Assembly (NCBI RefSeq): GCF_009734345.1
Contig: NZ_CP032551.1
Span: 1,950,001-1,982,000 of the forward strand
Length of the DNA stretch: 32,000 nucleotides
Direction of reading: 5' to 3'
Source of the DNA: Pseudidiomarina andamanensis
Lineage (GTDB): Bacteria > Pseudomonadota > Gammaproteobacteria > Enterobacterales > Alteromonadaceae
Numbering within the stretch: position 1 is the stretch's first letter; every line of letters begins with the position of its first letter. Below are positions 1 to 8,676 of the stretch, piece by piece. Under the pieces are notes generated by a model. It was not told where the DNA came from. It did not search any database and was given only the letters and a program-made list of their open reading frames with translations. A program made the position numbers and the translations under genes.

Positions 1-1073
1 AACAGTCCTTCAAACTCAGCTGGTGACCATGAATCACGAGCGTTATCGACTATCTCTCGCATGGCCGCGAGGCCCTGTTCCACATCACCAAGAAACACAT
101 CGACATAACCTAAATTGAATTGAATGACATCGGGGTTATATTGCTGTGGGTTTAATTTGGCAACGGCATAAGCATCTTGTAGTACTTTCCGAGCATCTTC
201 ATAACGGCCAATCCGAATGTCGACGTCACCCATATTGTTGAGTACGGTGAGGTACTGGTTGACACTATCTGGGTCATCTTTGAGTTGATCGCGTAAACGC
301 TTGTAAATGCTTAACGCAACATCGAAGTTTTTTCGATCACTTTCAATATAGGCGCGTTCAAGGGCAATACTCGCACCGAACTCCGTCATGAGGTTATTCT
401 CTTCCGCAATGCGTGTTGCATCGTCGAGTTGCTCGAGGGCGAGGTCGTAATTTTTTTGCTGACCATACAGGTTAGCGATTTGCAGCTTGGTTGATAGTAA
501 TCGAATAAGCGTTCGAGAATCGTCTGTTTCGGCAACTGCATCGGCGGCATAAATGAGGTGCTCAAGTGCGCGATCAAATTGGCTACGTTGTTGATAGAGA
601 TAGGCAGCAAAGTTATTCACAAAATACTTAACGCGTGGAATTTGAGCTTTTTCGAGCGGAATTAAAGCGTCATTAATATTCGCCATGGCCTCAGAAATTT
701 TGCCCTGCATTGCTATAATCAATAGCGCAGTCGCTTCAACTTCGGCGCGTGCATCAGGTAAGCCACTTCGCTCAGCAATGCGACGAACTTCCTCAATTTG
801 TTCTGCGGCCTGTTTTTGATTACCAAGATACGCATGATCGAGTGCGATATAACTAAGTGTACGTACACGCGTCATTACCGGCGTTTCATCGGTCAGGTCG
901 TTACGAATTTCGGTTAATTGTTCAAGAGAGGTTTCTATATTGGCAGCATTAAGCACCGCATCAAGCCGGTCTTCAATAGCCTGGTCAACAGCTGGCACCG
1001 ATGTTTCTTGCGCTGAAACACTGGTAAGCAGCAAACCAAACAGTAGTGCTATCAGAAAGAAAAATCGAGGCAT
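1..1073 (-). CDS. TPR-repeat protein with signal peptide, N-terminal 357 codons (3' end lies left of the window)
   Basis: Absent from the ORF track because it has no stop inside the window. The reverse-strand frame is open from ATG (1073-1071) to base 1. Translation starts MPRFFFLIALLFGLLLTSVSAQE (signal peptide). It continues with repeated helical units showing TPR-like spacing, e.g. LSYIALDHAYLGNQKQAAEQIEEV, NNFAAYLYQQRSQFDRALEHLIYA, LQIANLYGQQKNYDLALEQLDDA, LNNMGDVDIRIGRYEDARKVLQDA. The output domain, if any, is not visible. Confidence 0.7.
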   Translation of the reverse strand, partial: MPRFFFLIALLFGLLLTSVSAQETSVPAVDQAIEDRLDAVLNAANIETSLEQLTEIRNDLTDETPVMTRVRTLSYIALDHAYLGNQKQAAEQIEEVRRIAERSGLPDARAEVEATALLIIAMQGKISEAMANINDALIPLEKAQIPRVKYFVNNFAAYLYQQRSQFDRALEHLIYAADAVAETDDSRTLIRLLSTKLQIANLYGQQKNYDLALEQLDDATRIAEENNLMTEFGASIALERAYIESDRKNFDVALSIYKRLRDQLKDDPDSVNQYLTVLNNMGDVDIRIGRYEDARKVLQDAYAVAKLNPQQYNPDVIQFNLGYVDVFLGDVEQGLAAMREIVDNARDSWSPAEFEGL

Positions 1074-1263
1074 TCGCCCTCCCAGAACGCGTTAACTTTG
1101 CCTAAAACATCGTCAGTTTGACACAGCTGGTCGGACGTGTATTCCTAATTGCGGCGAATGGCACGCTATGAACGTTTGTAAGATGGCATGTTAATCTTAT
1201 GTGTAATAAGCTCGATGATACCTCATTTTTTGAGCAAGTGTAACAACTTGTAACACTGATTTG

Positions 1264-1291
1264 TTGCGCAATTTCAAATGCGCCGTATAGT
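1264..1291 (+). promoter_or_regulatory. candidate sigma70 promoter for ptrB (TTGCGC-N16-TATAGT)
   Basis: TTGCGC at 1264-1269, a 16-nt spacer, then TATAGT at 1286-1291, about 30 nt upstream of the ATG at 1321. Pattern match only. Confidence 0.3.
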
Positions 1292-1320
1292 TAAATTTCC
1301 ATCAAAATCGGAATAACAAC

Positions 1321-3462
1321 ATGGCTTTAAAAAATCGTTTATATACAAGTAGTTTAGTTCTTTCGACGCTGTGGCTCGTGGCCTGTAGTCCGGCATCTCA
1401 GAATACAGCTACTACTGATGCGACATCGCAGCCACCCATTGCCGAACAACGGCCATATGTTGTGGAATCACCGCAAGGAAATAGGCAAGATCCTTATTAT
1501 TGGTTGCGTGATGATAGTCGTTCTGACGCCGATGTATTGGCTTATTTAGAAGCTGAGAATGCTTACTATGACGCCTATCGGGCCGATTACGCGGAGCTGA
1601 CCGAAACGCTCGAAAGCGAAATTATTGGTCGCATCAAACAAGATGACACCTCGGTGCCATATCAAAAGGGCGATTACTTATATTCAGTAAAGTACGAAGC
1701 CGGAAAAGAATATCCAATTTATGTACGTGCTGATAAAGAGGGTAATGAGCAGGTCATGCTTGACGTGAATAAACTTGCTGAAGGGCAAAGTTATATGAGC
1801 GTCGGTAACCTTGAGGTAAGCCCGAATCAGCAATTGATGGCATATATGGTCGATAACACCGGGCGCCGTCAGTATGAGTTGCGTATTCGTGATTTAACGA
1901 CGGGCGAAGATAACGCTCAGACTTTAACTGGCTTATCTGCATCGATTGCTTGGGCGAAGGATAATCAAACGCTGTTTGTGATTGAGAATGATCCGCAGAC
2001 GTTGCTTTCTACTCGTGTGATGAAATATCGCGTTGGCGAAGCTGCAGATACTGCTGAGCTGGTTTACGAAGAAAAAGACAATACGTTCTACATGTGGGTG
2101 AACAACACCACTGACGGTGAGTACATTCAGATTAACTTGGATCAAACGGTTTCAACAGAAGTACATGTCCTCGATGCGGATGAACCTGACGGTCAATTCC
2201 AAGTGCTGGCGCCGCGTGAGCGAGATTTTCAGTATAGTGCTGATCACCTCGATGGCCGGTGGATTATCCGCACCGATTTAAATGCGCCAAACTTCCAAAT
2301 GATGCAAGTTGCTCATGAAAATATTGGCGATAAATCAAAATGGCAGCCTCTAGTCGAACATCGTGATGACGTATTTATTCAAGACTTCGCTGTGTTTAGT
2401 AATTACCTCGCCATGAATGAGCGCAGTGATGGCTTGCGCCGTATTCGCATCGTTCCGTGGAATGCTCCTGAAGAAGCGAAGTTTATTGCCTCTGACGAAG
2501 AGGCCTACGTCACCGTGTTTGAGCGTAACGTGCAACAAGATACCGACACATTGCGGTATACCTACAGCTCACTGACAACCCCGTCGACGGTATATGCTTA
2601 CAATATGGCGACCGGCGAGCAAGAGCTATTAAAGCAAAACGAAGTACCGAACTTCGATGCAAGTCTTTATGAAACCGCACGCACTTGGGCAACCGCAGAA
2701 GATGGCACGAAAATTCCGGTATCGCTGTTGTACAAAAAAGGCTTCAAGCAAGATGGTACGGCACCGTTGTACCAGTACGCGTACGGCTCTTATGGCAGTA
2801 GCTCAGATCCATATTTCCGCTCGACTATTTTCAGTCTTGTAGATCGCGGCTTTGTTTACGCCATTGCGCATATTCGTGGTGGACAAGAGATGGGGCGCCA
2901 ATGGTATGAAGACGGCAAACTGCTGAAGAAAATTAATACCTTTACTGACTTCATTGACGTCACCAAGCACCTTGTTGCCGAGAAATATGCTCACCCTGAC
3001 AAAGTATTCGGTATGGGTGGTAGCGCCGGTGGCCTATTGATGGGCGCTGTGGCGAACATGGCACCGGAACACTATCGCGGCTTAATGGCTCATGTGCCGT
3101 TTGTTGATGTGGTAACCACCATGTTAGACGAGAGCATTCCGCTCACGACCAATGAGTTTGACGAGTGGGGTAATCCGAAGAACCAGCCATATTATGATTA
3201 CATGTTGTCGTATTCACCGTATGACCAAGTGAAGAAGCAGGATTATCCGGCAATTTTGGTTACCACCGGATTACACGACTCGCAAGTTCAATACTTTGAA
3301 CCGGCGAAGTGGGTTGCTAAATTGCGCACCCATAAAACCGATGCGAACCCGCTGATGTTCAAAACCAATATGAGCGCAGGGCATGGTGGTAGTAGTGGTC
3401 GGTTTGCCCGAATGAAGGAAATTGCAGAAGAATATGCCTTCATCCTCAACCTACTGCAATAA
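1321..3462 (+). CDS. ptrB: oligopeptidase B (protease II), S9A prolyl-oligopeptidase family, lipoprotein-type signal (LVAC)
   Basis: 713 aa. Long collinear matches to E. coli PtrB as I recall it: YYWLRDDSRSD..VLAYLEAEN, RRQYELRIRDL, GGSAGGLLMG (catalytic Ser), VPFVDVVTTMLDESIPLTTNEFDEWGNP, TTGLHDSQVQYFEPAKWVAKLR, GHGG.SGRF. Confidence 0.92.
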   Translation: MALKNRLYTSSLVLSTLWLVACSPASQNTATTDATSQPPIAEQRPYVVESPQGNRQDPYYWLRDDSRSDADVLAYLEAENAYYDAYRADYAELTETLESEIIGRIKQDDTSVPYQKGDYLYSVKYEAGKEYPIYVRADKEGNEQVMLDVNKLAEGQSYMSVGNLEVSPNQQLMAYMVDNTGRRQYELRIRDLTTGEDNAQTLTGLSASIAWAKDNQTLFVIENDPQTLLSTRVMKYRVGEAADTAELVYEEKDNTFYMWVNNTTDGEYIQINLDQTVSTEVHVLDADEPDGQFQVLAPRERDFQYSADHLDGRWIIRTDLNAPNFQMMQVAHENIGDKSKWQPLVEHRDDVFIQDFAVFSNYLAMNERSDGLRRIRIVPWNAPEEAKFIASDEEAYVTVFERNVQQDTDTLRYTYSSLTTPSTVYAYNMATGEQELLKQNEVPNFDASLYETARTWATAEDGTKIPVSLLYKKGFKQDGTAPLYQYAYGSYGSSSDPYFRSTIFSLVDRGFVYAIAHIRGGQEMGRQWYEDGKLLKKINTFTDFIDVTKHLVAEKYAHPDKVFGMGGSAGGLLMGAVANMAPEHYRGLMAHVPFVDVVTTMLDESIPLTTNEFDEWGNPKNQPYYDYMLSYSPYDQVKKQDYPAILVTTGLHDSQVQYFEPAKWVAKLRTHKTDANPLMFKTNMSAGHGGSSGRFARMKEIAEEYAFILNLLQ

Positions 3463-3500
3463 CGAAAAGCGTTATTGGTTGTTCGTTATTAGTTATTCGT

Positions 3501-3529
3501 GACCCGGCGTTTTACGCTGGGTCTTTTTT
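3501..3529. terminator. rho-independent terminator between convergent ptrB and the yebC-family gene
   Basis: GACCCGGCG-TTTTA-CGCTGGGTC forms a 9-bp stem with one G:U pair. It is followed by TTTTTT (3524-3529). Confidence 0.6.
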
Positions 3530-3556
3530 ACGAACAACGATTAACGATTAACGAAG

Positions 3557-4276
3557 TTACCACTGGGCGTTGTGGTAGACGTTTTGCACATCGTCACAAT
3601 CATTCAGCATATCTAGCAACTTCTCCATCTGCGCAATATCTTCTTCGCTTGTCAGGTCAGTCATCATTTGCGGCAGATGCTGTACTTCATCAACTTCAAA
3701 TTCAATGCCCGCAAAGGCTTCTTGCAGAGCAACTTTCGCTTTGTGCGATTCAGTGTGCGGTGTGAATACGGTGATAAAGCCTTCGTCTGTTTCAATGTCG
3801 GTTACATCAACATCGGCCATCATGAGGGCTTCAAGTGCCGCGTCTTCATCGTCGCCAGCGAAGCGCAAAATAGCGCAATGATCAAACATGTGCGAAACAC
3901 TACCCGGTGCACCGAGTTTGCACTTGGTTTTGGTGAAGCAGTTGCGTACTTCGCCAATGGTACGGTTCGGGTTATCGGTAAGGGCATCAACCATAACCAT
4001 ACAATTGCCTGGGCCAAAACCTTCATACATGGCTGGTGAATAATCTTCGCCAGCACCGCCCTTGGCTTTATCAATCGCTTTTTCGATAACGTGCGCAGGA
4101 ACTTGGTCTTTTTTGGCGTTATCGATGAGGCTGCGCAACTGCAAGTTCGCATCGGGGTCAACTCCGCCTTGCTTAGCCACTACATAAATTTGACGACCGT
4201 ACTTGCTGTAAACTTTACTTTTTGCAGCGGCGGTTTTGGCTATCGAATCTTTTCGGTTTTGATACGCGCGACCCAT
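3557..4276 (-). CDS. YebC/PmpR-family transcriptional regulator (YeeN-like subgroup)
   Basis: 239 aa. [15 protein letters not shown]...[43 protein letters not shown] ... DDVQNVYHN is the family signature across the full length. Confidence 0.9.
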   Translation of the reverse strand: MGRAYQNRKDSIAKTAAAKSKVYSKYGRQIYVVAKQGGVDPDANLQLRSLIDNAKKDQVPAHVIEKAIDKAKGGAGEDYSPAMYEGFGPGNCMVMVDALTDNPNRTIGEVRNCFTKTKCKLGAPGSVSHMFDHCAILRFAGDDEDAALEALMMADVDVTDIETDEGFITVFTPHTESHKAKVALQEAFAGIEFEVDEVQHLPQMMTDLTSEEDIAQMEKLLDMLNDCDDVQNVYHNAQW

Positions 4277-4466
4277 AAATTGCTCTCAATCATGTTTGGT
4301 TATAAATGAAGTTGGCAATTTTATACCCAGTTACAGGTGATAATCCAGCTTAAACCAGAAAGTACGACCTGGTTCGTTGACCTGTGTGGTTTGTTCAAAC
4401 CCCGCAACTGGCATTCTTGTCAAACTGATTCATACTTAAACAGTAATTCGGTAGGAGCTAAAACAA

Positions 4467-5486
4467 TTGACCATACGGGATATTTTGACGGCATTCATAT
4501 TACTGTTGATCACGGCGCTCGCTAACAGCTTTATTTGGCTGAATGGCGCGGCAACGAACCCCTATGCCGTGTTAATTCTGGTTCCGATGGCGGCTGCTAT
4601 GTTGCTCTTGCCATTTCGTTTAGCCTGGTTGGTCATTGTTGTGGGGGTCGCAGGGCAGCTGATGCAACTGCAAGCACCACTACCCACTCATCATCAGATG
4701 GATACCCACTATAGGGCAATGGTTTACGGTCAAATTTTTGCTGGATTGCTGCTTGGGGTGACCTTACACATCTTGCGCGTGCGCATTGTGCGCGAGCAAC
4801 AAGCCTTACGAGCCTTGCATCAGCGCCAACATCGCGACGAACAATTGGTAACTATTGGTACCGCTGCGGCGCAATTTAGTCATGAGGTTGCTACACCCAT
4901 TCAAACCATTCAATTCATGCTTGAAGATGTGCGGCAGCGCTATCCAAATGACGAGGATTTACAACGCGCAGAGCAGCAAATTAAGCGCATTCATAACCTG
5001 CTATTAGATTGGCGGCAAGTGGCCGAAGATGTGCGCACTCACCGCGTACTCGAACTACAAGTCAACGAACTCGTTCAGCAAGTACGCGATGCGTTGCTGA
5101 TTGCCCGCCCCGATATTCGTGTGCATTGGCATGACGATGAACAGCCCGGCTGTGTCATTCACGCCGACCGAACATTAATTCCAGCTATTTTAAGTTTGTT
5201 GCACAACGCTGCCGATGCAGCGCCGCTCGATTCGAAAATTGACGTTAAAACGCAAGTTGTTGAGAGCACTTGGCAAATGATCATTCGAAACGAAGGTGAA
5301 CCACTTGATGCTCCTCGTAAGCGTGGATTAGGTCGGGAATTATTGCCAAGTAGTCGCGGTGTTGGTGCTGGCGCGATGCTGAGCTATGCAACTTTTGAGC
5401 GGTTCGGCGGCACGGTAAGTTGGCATGCCGAAGCTGGACATACCTTGACTGAAATTTGTATGCCGGTGGAGGCGAGGCATGGCTGA
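4467..5486 (+). CDS. membrane sensor histidine kinase (RegB/PrrB-like partner of the downstream regulator)
   Basis: 339 aa. TTG start 9 nt after AGGAG. About 4 hydrophobic segments in the first 110 aa. H-box AAQFSHEVATPIQTIQ, N-box LLHNAADAAP, G2-like RGVGAGAM. The G1 position reads RNEGEP rather than D.G.G. The 3' end overlaps the regulator gene by 8 nt. Confidence 0.8.
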   Translation: MTIRDILTAFILLLITALANSFIWLNGAATNPYAVLILVPMAAAMLLLPFRLAWLVIVVGVAGQLMQLQAPLPTHHQMDTHYRAMVYGQIFAGLLLGVTLHILRVRIVREQQALRALHQRQHRDEQLVTIGTAAAQFSHEVATPIQTIQFMLEDVRQRYPNDEDLQRAEQQIKRIHNLLLDWRQVAEDVRTHRVLELQVNELVQQVRDALLIARPDIRVHWHDDEQPGCVIHADRTLIPAILSLLHNAADAAPLDSKIDVKTQVVESTWQMIIRNEGEPLDAPRKRGLGRELLPSSRGVGAGAMLSYATFERFGGTVSWHAEAGHTLTEICMPVEARHG

Positions 5487-5877
5487 CACCGTACTCATTA
5501 TTGATGATGACATTAATCTACTTCAGGCGCTGAGTAGCCGATTAGAGCGCGCTGGCTATCAAGTGGTGACAGCGGCAACCAAAGCTGAGCTTGATATGCA
5601 GCCCTGTGCGCAAGTCGATCATATTCTTTTAGATTTAAAGTTCGGTGAAACGAACGGCCTAGAGCTAATTAAGCCACTTAAAACACGGTTTAGACCGAAG
5701 AATCTAGTGATTTTGACTGGTTATGCCAGCATAGCGACATCCGTTGCGGCAATTAAGGCGGGTGCCACTGATTATCTCGCTAAGCCCATTCAAACGCAGA
5801 TATTACTGCAAGCACTGGGTATGCACCGTCGCTCGTTGCAACGTAAATTAAGTAAGCATTCACCGATTAAGCAATAA
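5479..5877 (+). CDS. RegA/ActR/PrrA-like response regulator with complete receiver but only a remnant of the Fis-type HTH
   Basis: 132 aa. Receiver residues DDD9-11, D52, T80 and K102 are present. LTGYASIATSVAAIKAGATDYLAKP and the tail GMHRRSLQRKLSKHSP resemble RegA (LTGYGAIATAVAAVK.GA.DYL.KP ... NMHRRTLQRILAKRSPR). Confidence 0.85.
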   Translation: MADTVLIIDDDINLLQALSSRLERAGYQVVTAATKAELDMQPCAQVDHILLDLKFGETNGLELIKPLKTRFRPKNLVILTGYASIATSVAAIKAGATDYLAKPIQTQILLQALGMHRRSLQRKLSKHSPIKQ

Positions 5878-5957
5878 TCAAATCAGACGGGTTTAATCCG
5901 CGTAAAAAGTAGTTTAGTATTTACTGAATTAATCAATTTTTTTGATGAGGTTAAGTC

Positions 5958-6824
5958 ATGTCAGCAGTACAAGTGAAAGCATTTTTGGACGATGACAGTG
6001 AAACGTTTAGCTATGTGGTTTACCGTGAAGATGAGCGAAAAGCCGTCGTCATCGATCCGGTCTTAGATTTTGATTACAAGTCAGGTCGCACGAGTACTCG
6101 TGGTGCCCAGCGTTTGGTGGATTTCGTCAAAGCCGAAAAACTGCAAGTGGAATGGGTATTGGAAACCCATGCTCACGCCGATCACTTGTCTGCAGCCCCA
6201 TTTGTGAAAGAACAGGTTGGGGGGCATATTGGTATTGGTGAACACATTAAAGAGGTGCAGAAAATCTTTAAAGATGTGTTTAACCTCGAAAAAGAATTCC
6301 TACCCAATGGTCATCAGTTTGATCACCTTTTCAAAGACGGCGAAACCTTTCACGTTGGGTCAATGACCTTCCGTGTGATGCATACGCCAGGTCATACGCC
6401 AGCTGATCTGTGTTACATCGTTGATGAAGAGAAAGTTTTCGTCGGTGACACGTTGTTTATGCCTGATGTTGGTACGGCGCGTTGTGATTTCCCTGGCGGT
6501 AGCGCAAGCACGCTGTATCAATCGATTCAGAAAATTTTGGCGCTACCTGAAACAACGGAAATTTATATCTGCCATGATTATCCGACAGAAGGGCGCGAGC
6601 ACGAATTTAAGACAACCGTGGCGCAACAACGCCAGCACAGCAAGCACGTTCACGATGGTGTGACCGAAGCGGAGTTTGTGAAGATGCGAGAAGAGCGCGA
6701 CGCGACCTTAGCAATGCCGCGGCTGATTTTACCCTCAATTCAGGTTAATATTCGGGCGGGACATATGCCGCCAGCAGACGCCGACGGCAAAGTGTATTTA
6801 AAATTGCCGATTGACCAACTCTAA
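5958..6824 (+). CDS. MBL-fold metallo-hydrolase, persulfide dioxygenase (ETHE1/Blh, long type II)-like
   Basis: 288 aa. Metal motif ETHAHADH, then HTPGHTP, and DTLFMPDVGTARCDFPGGSA typical of the roughly 290-aa PDO-like subgroup. GAGG lies 8 nt upstream of the ATG. Confidence 0.72.
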   Translation: MSAVQVKAFLDDDSETFSYVVYREDERKAVVIDPVLDFDYKSGRTSTRGAQRLVDFVKAEKLQVEWVLETHAHADHLSAAPFVKEQVGGHIGIGEHIKEVQKIFKDVFNLEKEFLPNGHQFDHLFKDGETFHVGSMTFRVMHTPGHTPADLCYIVDEEKVFVGDTLFMPDVGTARCDFPGGSASTLYQSIQKILALPETTEIYICHDYPTEGREHEFKTTVAQQRQHSKHVHDGVTEAEFVKMREERDATLAMPRLILPSIQVNIRAGHMPPADADGKVYLKLPIDQL

Positions 6825-6856
6825 GCAAGCGTCAATCTCCACCGCAAAGGTGAGCT

Positions 6857-7798
6857 GTGACTCATATTAAACCGGCATTGTTTTGGCTTGTCGGCCTTCT
6901 AACGTTGACGCCTTGGGTCAGTGCGCCGATTGCCTTAATTTTCGGCGCGCTGATGGCCCACTTCAATGCCATTCCGCAACATGTTCAACCCAGTATCTTG
7001 GTGAAAAAGCTACTCGCAATTGCGATTGTGGCATTGGGCTTTGGCGTGCATCTTAATGTGGCTTGGCAGGTGACCAGTGATTATTTTGCACTGATGGTCA
7101 CGAGTATTGTGGTGACCTTATTACTCGCGTTAGGTCTCGGTCGACTATTTAAAATGGACACCACGACGAGCCACCTGCTGGGCTCAGGCACGGCCATTTG
7201 TGGTGGTAGTGCGATTGCGGCAGTCGCTCCCGCTATTCATGCCAGAAACGATCAAATGGCACTGGCGCTGGCTAGTGTATTTACCCTCAATGCTGTTGCC
7301 TTGTTAGTTTTCCCGCTCATTGGAACCGCTCTGCGGCTTGATGAACAAACCTTTGGTGTGTGGGCGGCCATTGCTATTCACGATACCAGCTCAGTTGTTG
7401 GGGCGGCACAAGCCTATGGTGACGAAGCACTACAAGTTGCGACAACCTTAAAGCTCGCTCGTGCATTATGGATCATTCCGCTAGCGCTTATTTCGGCGCT
7501 TGTCTATCAGCGCATGACGAAAACTGAAGGTCAGCGCAAAATTAGCGTTCCGTGGTTCATTCCAGGCTACATTGCTGCCATGCTATTTGCGTCATTGCTT
7601 CCGCAGCTTGATACCTTTTACACGGCTACCTTTGGCATAGGTAAACAGCTACTCGTTTTCTGTTTGTATTTAGTTGGGGCGAGCATTACCGTCGAACGGC
7701 TCAAAGTAGCAGGATGGCGTCCGCTGCTATTGGCCTTTGTGTTATGGTTAGTGATTGCCACGCTTTCGTTAGCGTGGCTTACAGTACTGACTGGCTGA
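6857..7798 (+). CDS. YeiH/UPF0324-family membrane protein (putative sulfate exporter family)
   Basis: 313 aa, polytopic. GSGTAICGGSAIAAVAP, AIAIHDTSSVVGAAQAYG and ISVPWFI match YeiH-family signatures. GTG start 32 nt after the preceding stop. Confidence 0.78.
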   Translation: MTHIKPALFWLVGLLTLTPWVSAPIALIFGALMAHFNAIPQHVQPSILVKKLLAIAIVALGFGVHLNVAWQVTSDYFALMVTSIVVTLLLALGLGRLFKMDTTTSHLLGSGTAICGGSAIAAVAPAIHARNDQMALALASVFTLNAVALLVFPLIGTALRLDEQTFGVWAAIAIHDTSSVVGAAQAYGDEALQVATTLKLARALWIIPLALISALVYQRMTKTEGQRKISVPWFIPGYIAAMLFASLLPQLDTFYTATFGIGKQLLVFCLYLVGASITVERLKVAGWRPLLLAFVLWLVIATLSLAWLTVLTG

Positions 7799-8528
7799 GT
7801 ACAAAAATAGCCATCAAAATCAGGAATACGGCGAATGCTTTTTGTAATTTCTGTCGCGGTAAACGTGCGCCAATCCAAGCGCCGGCGTAACTTCCGACAA
7901 TGCCAGCAACGGAGATGATGGCAATAATGGTCCAATCAAATTCATAGCCTTGCGCACTTAAGGCGGAGTAGTATTTGGCAAAACCAACAAAGGATTTCAG
8001 CGCAATAATCATCAAGCTGGTACCAATGGCGAGAATCATTGGTACGCCACCCAATAGCACCAGCGCTGGAACAATCAAAAAGCCGCCGCCAACACCAACG
8101 AACCCAGTGATTGCACCCACCACAAGGCCATCAATAATAACGCGGACAACTTTGACATCTTTTGGCGTATCGGTATTACTGCGACCGCACCACATCATTA
8201 CCGAGGCAATCGCCATCAGCACAACGAATACTAAAAGCTGAATTCGGCTATCAACAGACGCACCGCCCCACGCACCAGCGTAGGCACCAACCATGCCTGG
8301 TATGCCGAATAACCAGACGTGTGGCCACGAAACGATTTTCTTGCGCGCACTGAGTAAGCCGCTAAATAGGCTAATGAATGCAACAATCAGTAAAGAAGAA
8401 GCAATGGCGAGATTGGCAGGCATGTTGACCAAATAGAGCAACACAGGCACAGTCAGAATGGAGCCGCCCGAGCCGAAAATACCCAAGCTCAAGCCAATCA
8501 AAATTGCGCCAATTATCGCTTGAATCAT
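7779..8528 (-). CDS. TauE/SafE-family sulfite/anion exporter
   Basis: 249 aa with about 8 TM segments and a two-fold internal repeat. N-terminal ...GLSLGIFGSGGSILTVPVLLYL and second half GFVGVGGGFLIVPALVLL are typical TauE/SafE (YfcA-like) motifs. Confidence 0.85.
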   Translation of the reverse strand: MIQAIIGAILIGLSLGIFGSGGSILTVPVLLYLVNMPANLAIASSLLIVAFISLFSGLLSARKKIVSWPHVWLFGIPGMVGAYAGAWGGASVDSRIQLLVFVVLMAIASVMMWCGRSNTDTPKDVKVVRVIIDGLVVGAITGFVGVGGGFLIVPALVLLGGVPMILAIGTSLMIIALKSFVGFAKYYSALSAQGYEFDWTIIAIISVAGIVGSYAGAWIGARLPRQKLQKAFAVFLILMAIFVLSQSVL

Positions 8529-8676
8529 GCCTGATGCTCCTTATTCATTGTAATCGGGTTAAACGATTACGGATATCGGTGGTCAATACTTGCAGGGACT
8601 CATCTTAACAACTATTTTAGGTAAACACGAAATAAAGATGTTCAGTCAATCTTTAACTTAATAAGAGGATGTAGCA

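Noticed and set aside
386-610. The 74-aa ORF in the supplied track, the only ORF listed for 1-1073.
   Set aside because: It lies in a different frame from the long open reverse-strand frame (ATG 1073 to base 1) that encodes a coherent signal-peptide plus TPR protein. It is a shadow ORF.
1141-1152. The 12-mer ATTCCTAATTGC is shared between the TPR-gene upstream region (1141-1152) and the Fur-box region of the receptor gene (31621-31632), in the same orientation relative to both genes.
   Set aside because: About 30 identical 12-mer pairs are expected by chance in 32 kb on one strand, and roughly 0.3 within the intergenic fraction alone. The flanks do not extend the match, and the first site is a poor Fur box.
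1159-1176. TGGCAC resembling the -24 element of a sigma54 promoter.
   Set aside because: No TTGC(A/T) element follows at the required spacing, and no enhancer-binding protein gene is nearby.
3668-4161. 123-aa (+) and 113-aa (-) ORFs inside the yebC-family gene.
   Set aside because: They overlap a gene with an unambiguous full-length family signature. They have no RBS or recognisable motifs and are frame shadows. The same applies to 1754-2145, 2350-2994, 7618-7935, 7975-8353, 12544-13002, 13142-13653, 17714-19645, 20398-20998, 23789-24780, 25432-25801 and 29650-31535.
4337-4525. 62-aa ORF spanning the yebC/kinase spacer.
   Set aside because: It has no RBS, runs into the kinase gene out of frame, and its sequence has no recognisable features. 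The region is better described by its nested inverted repeats.
8550-8570. GTAATCG-N7-CGATTAC inverted repeat in the tauE / peroxiredoxin divergent spacer.
   Set aside because: It could be an operator. However, 7-bp arms with a free spacer are expected several times by chance, and I cannot match it to a known regulator consensus such as OxyR.
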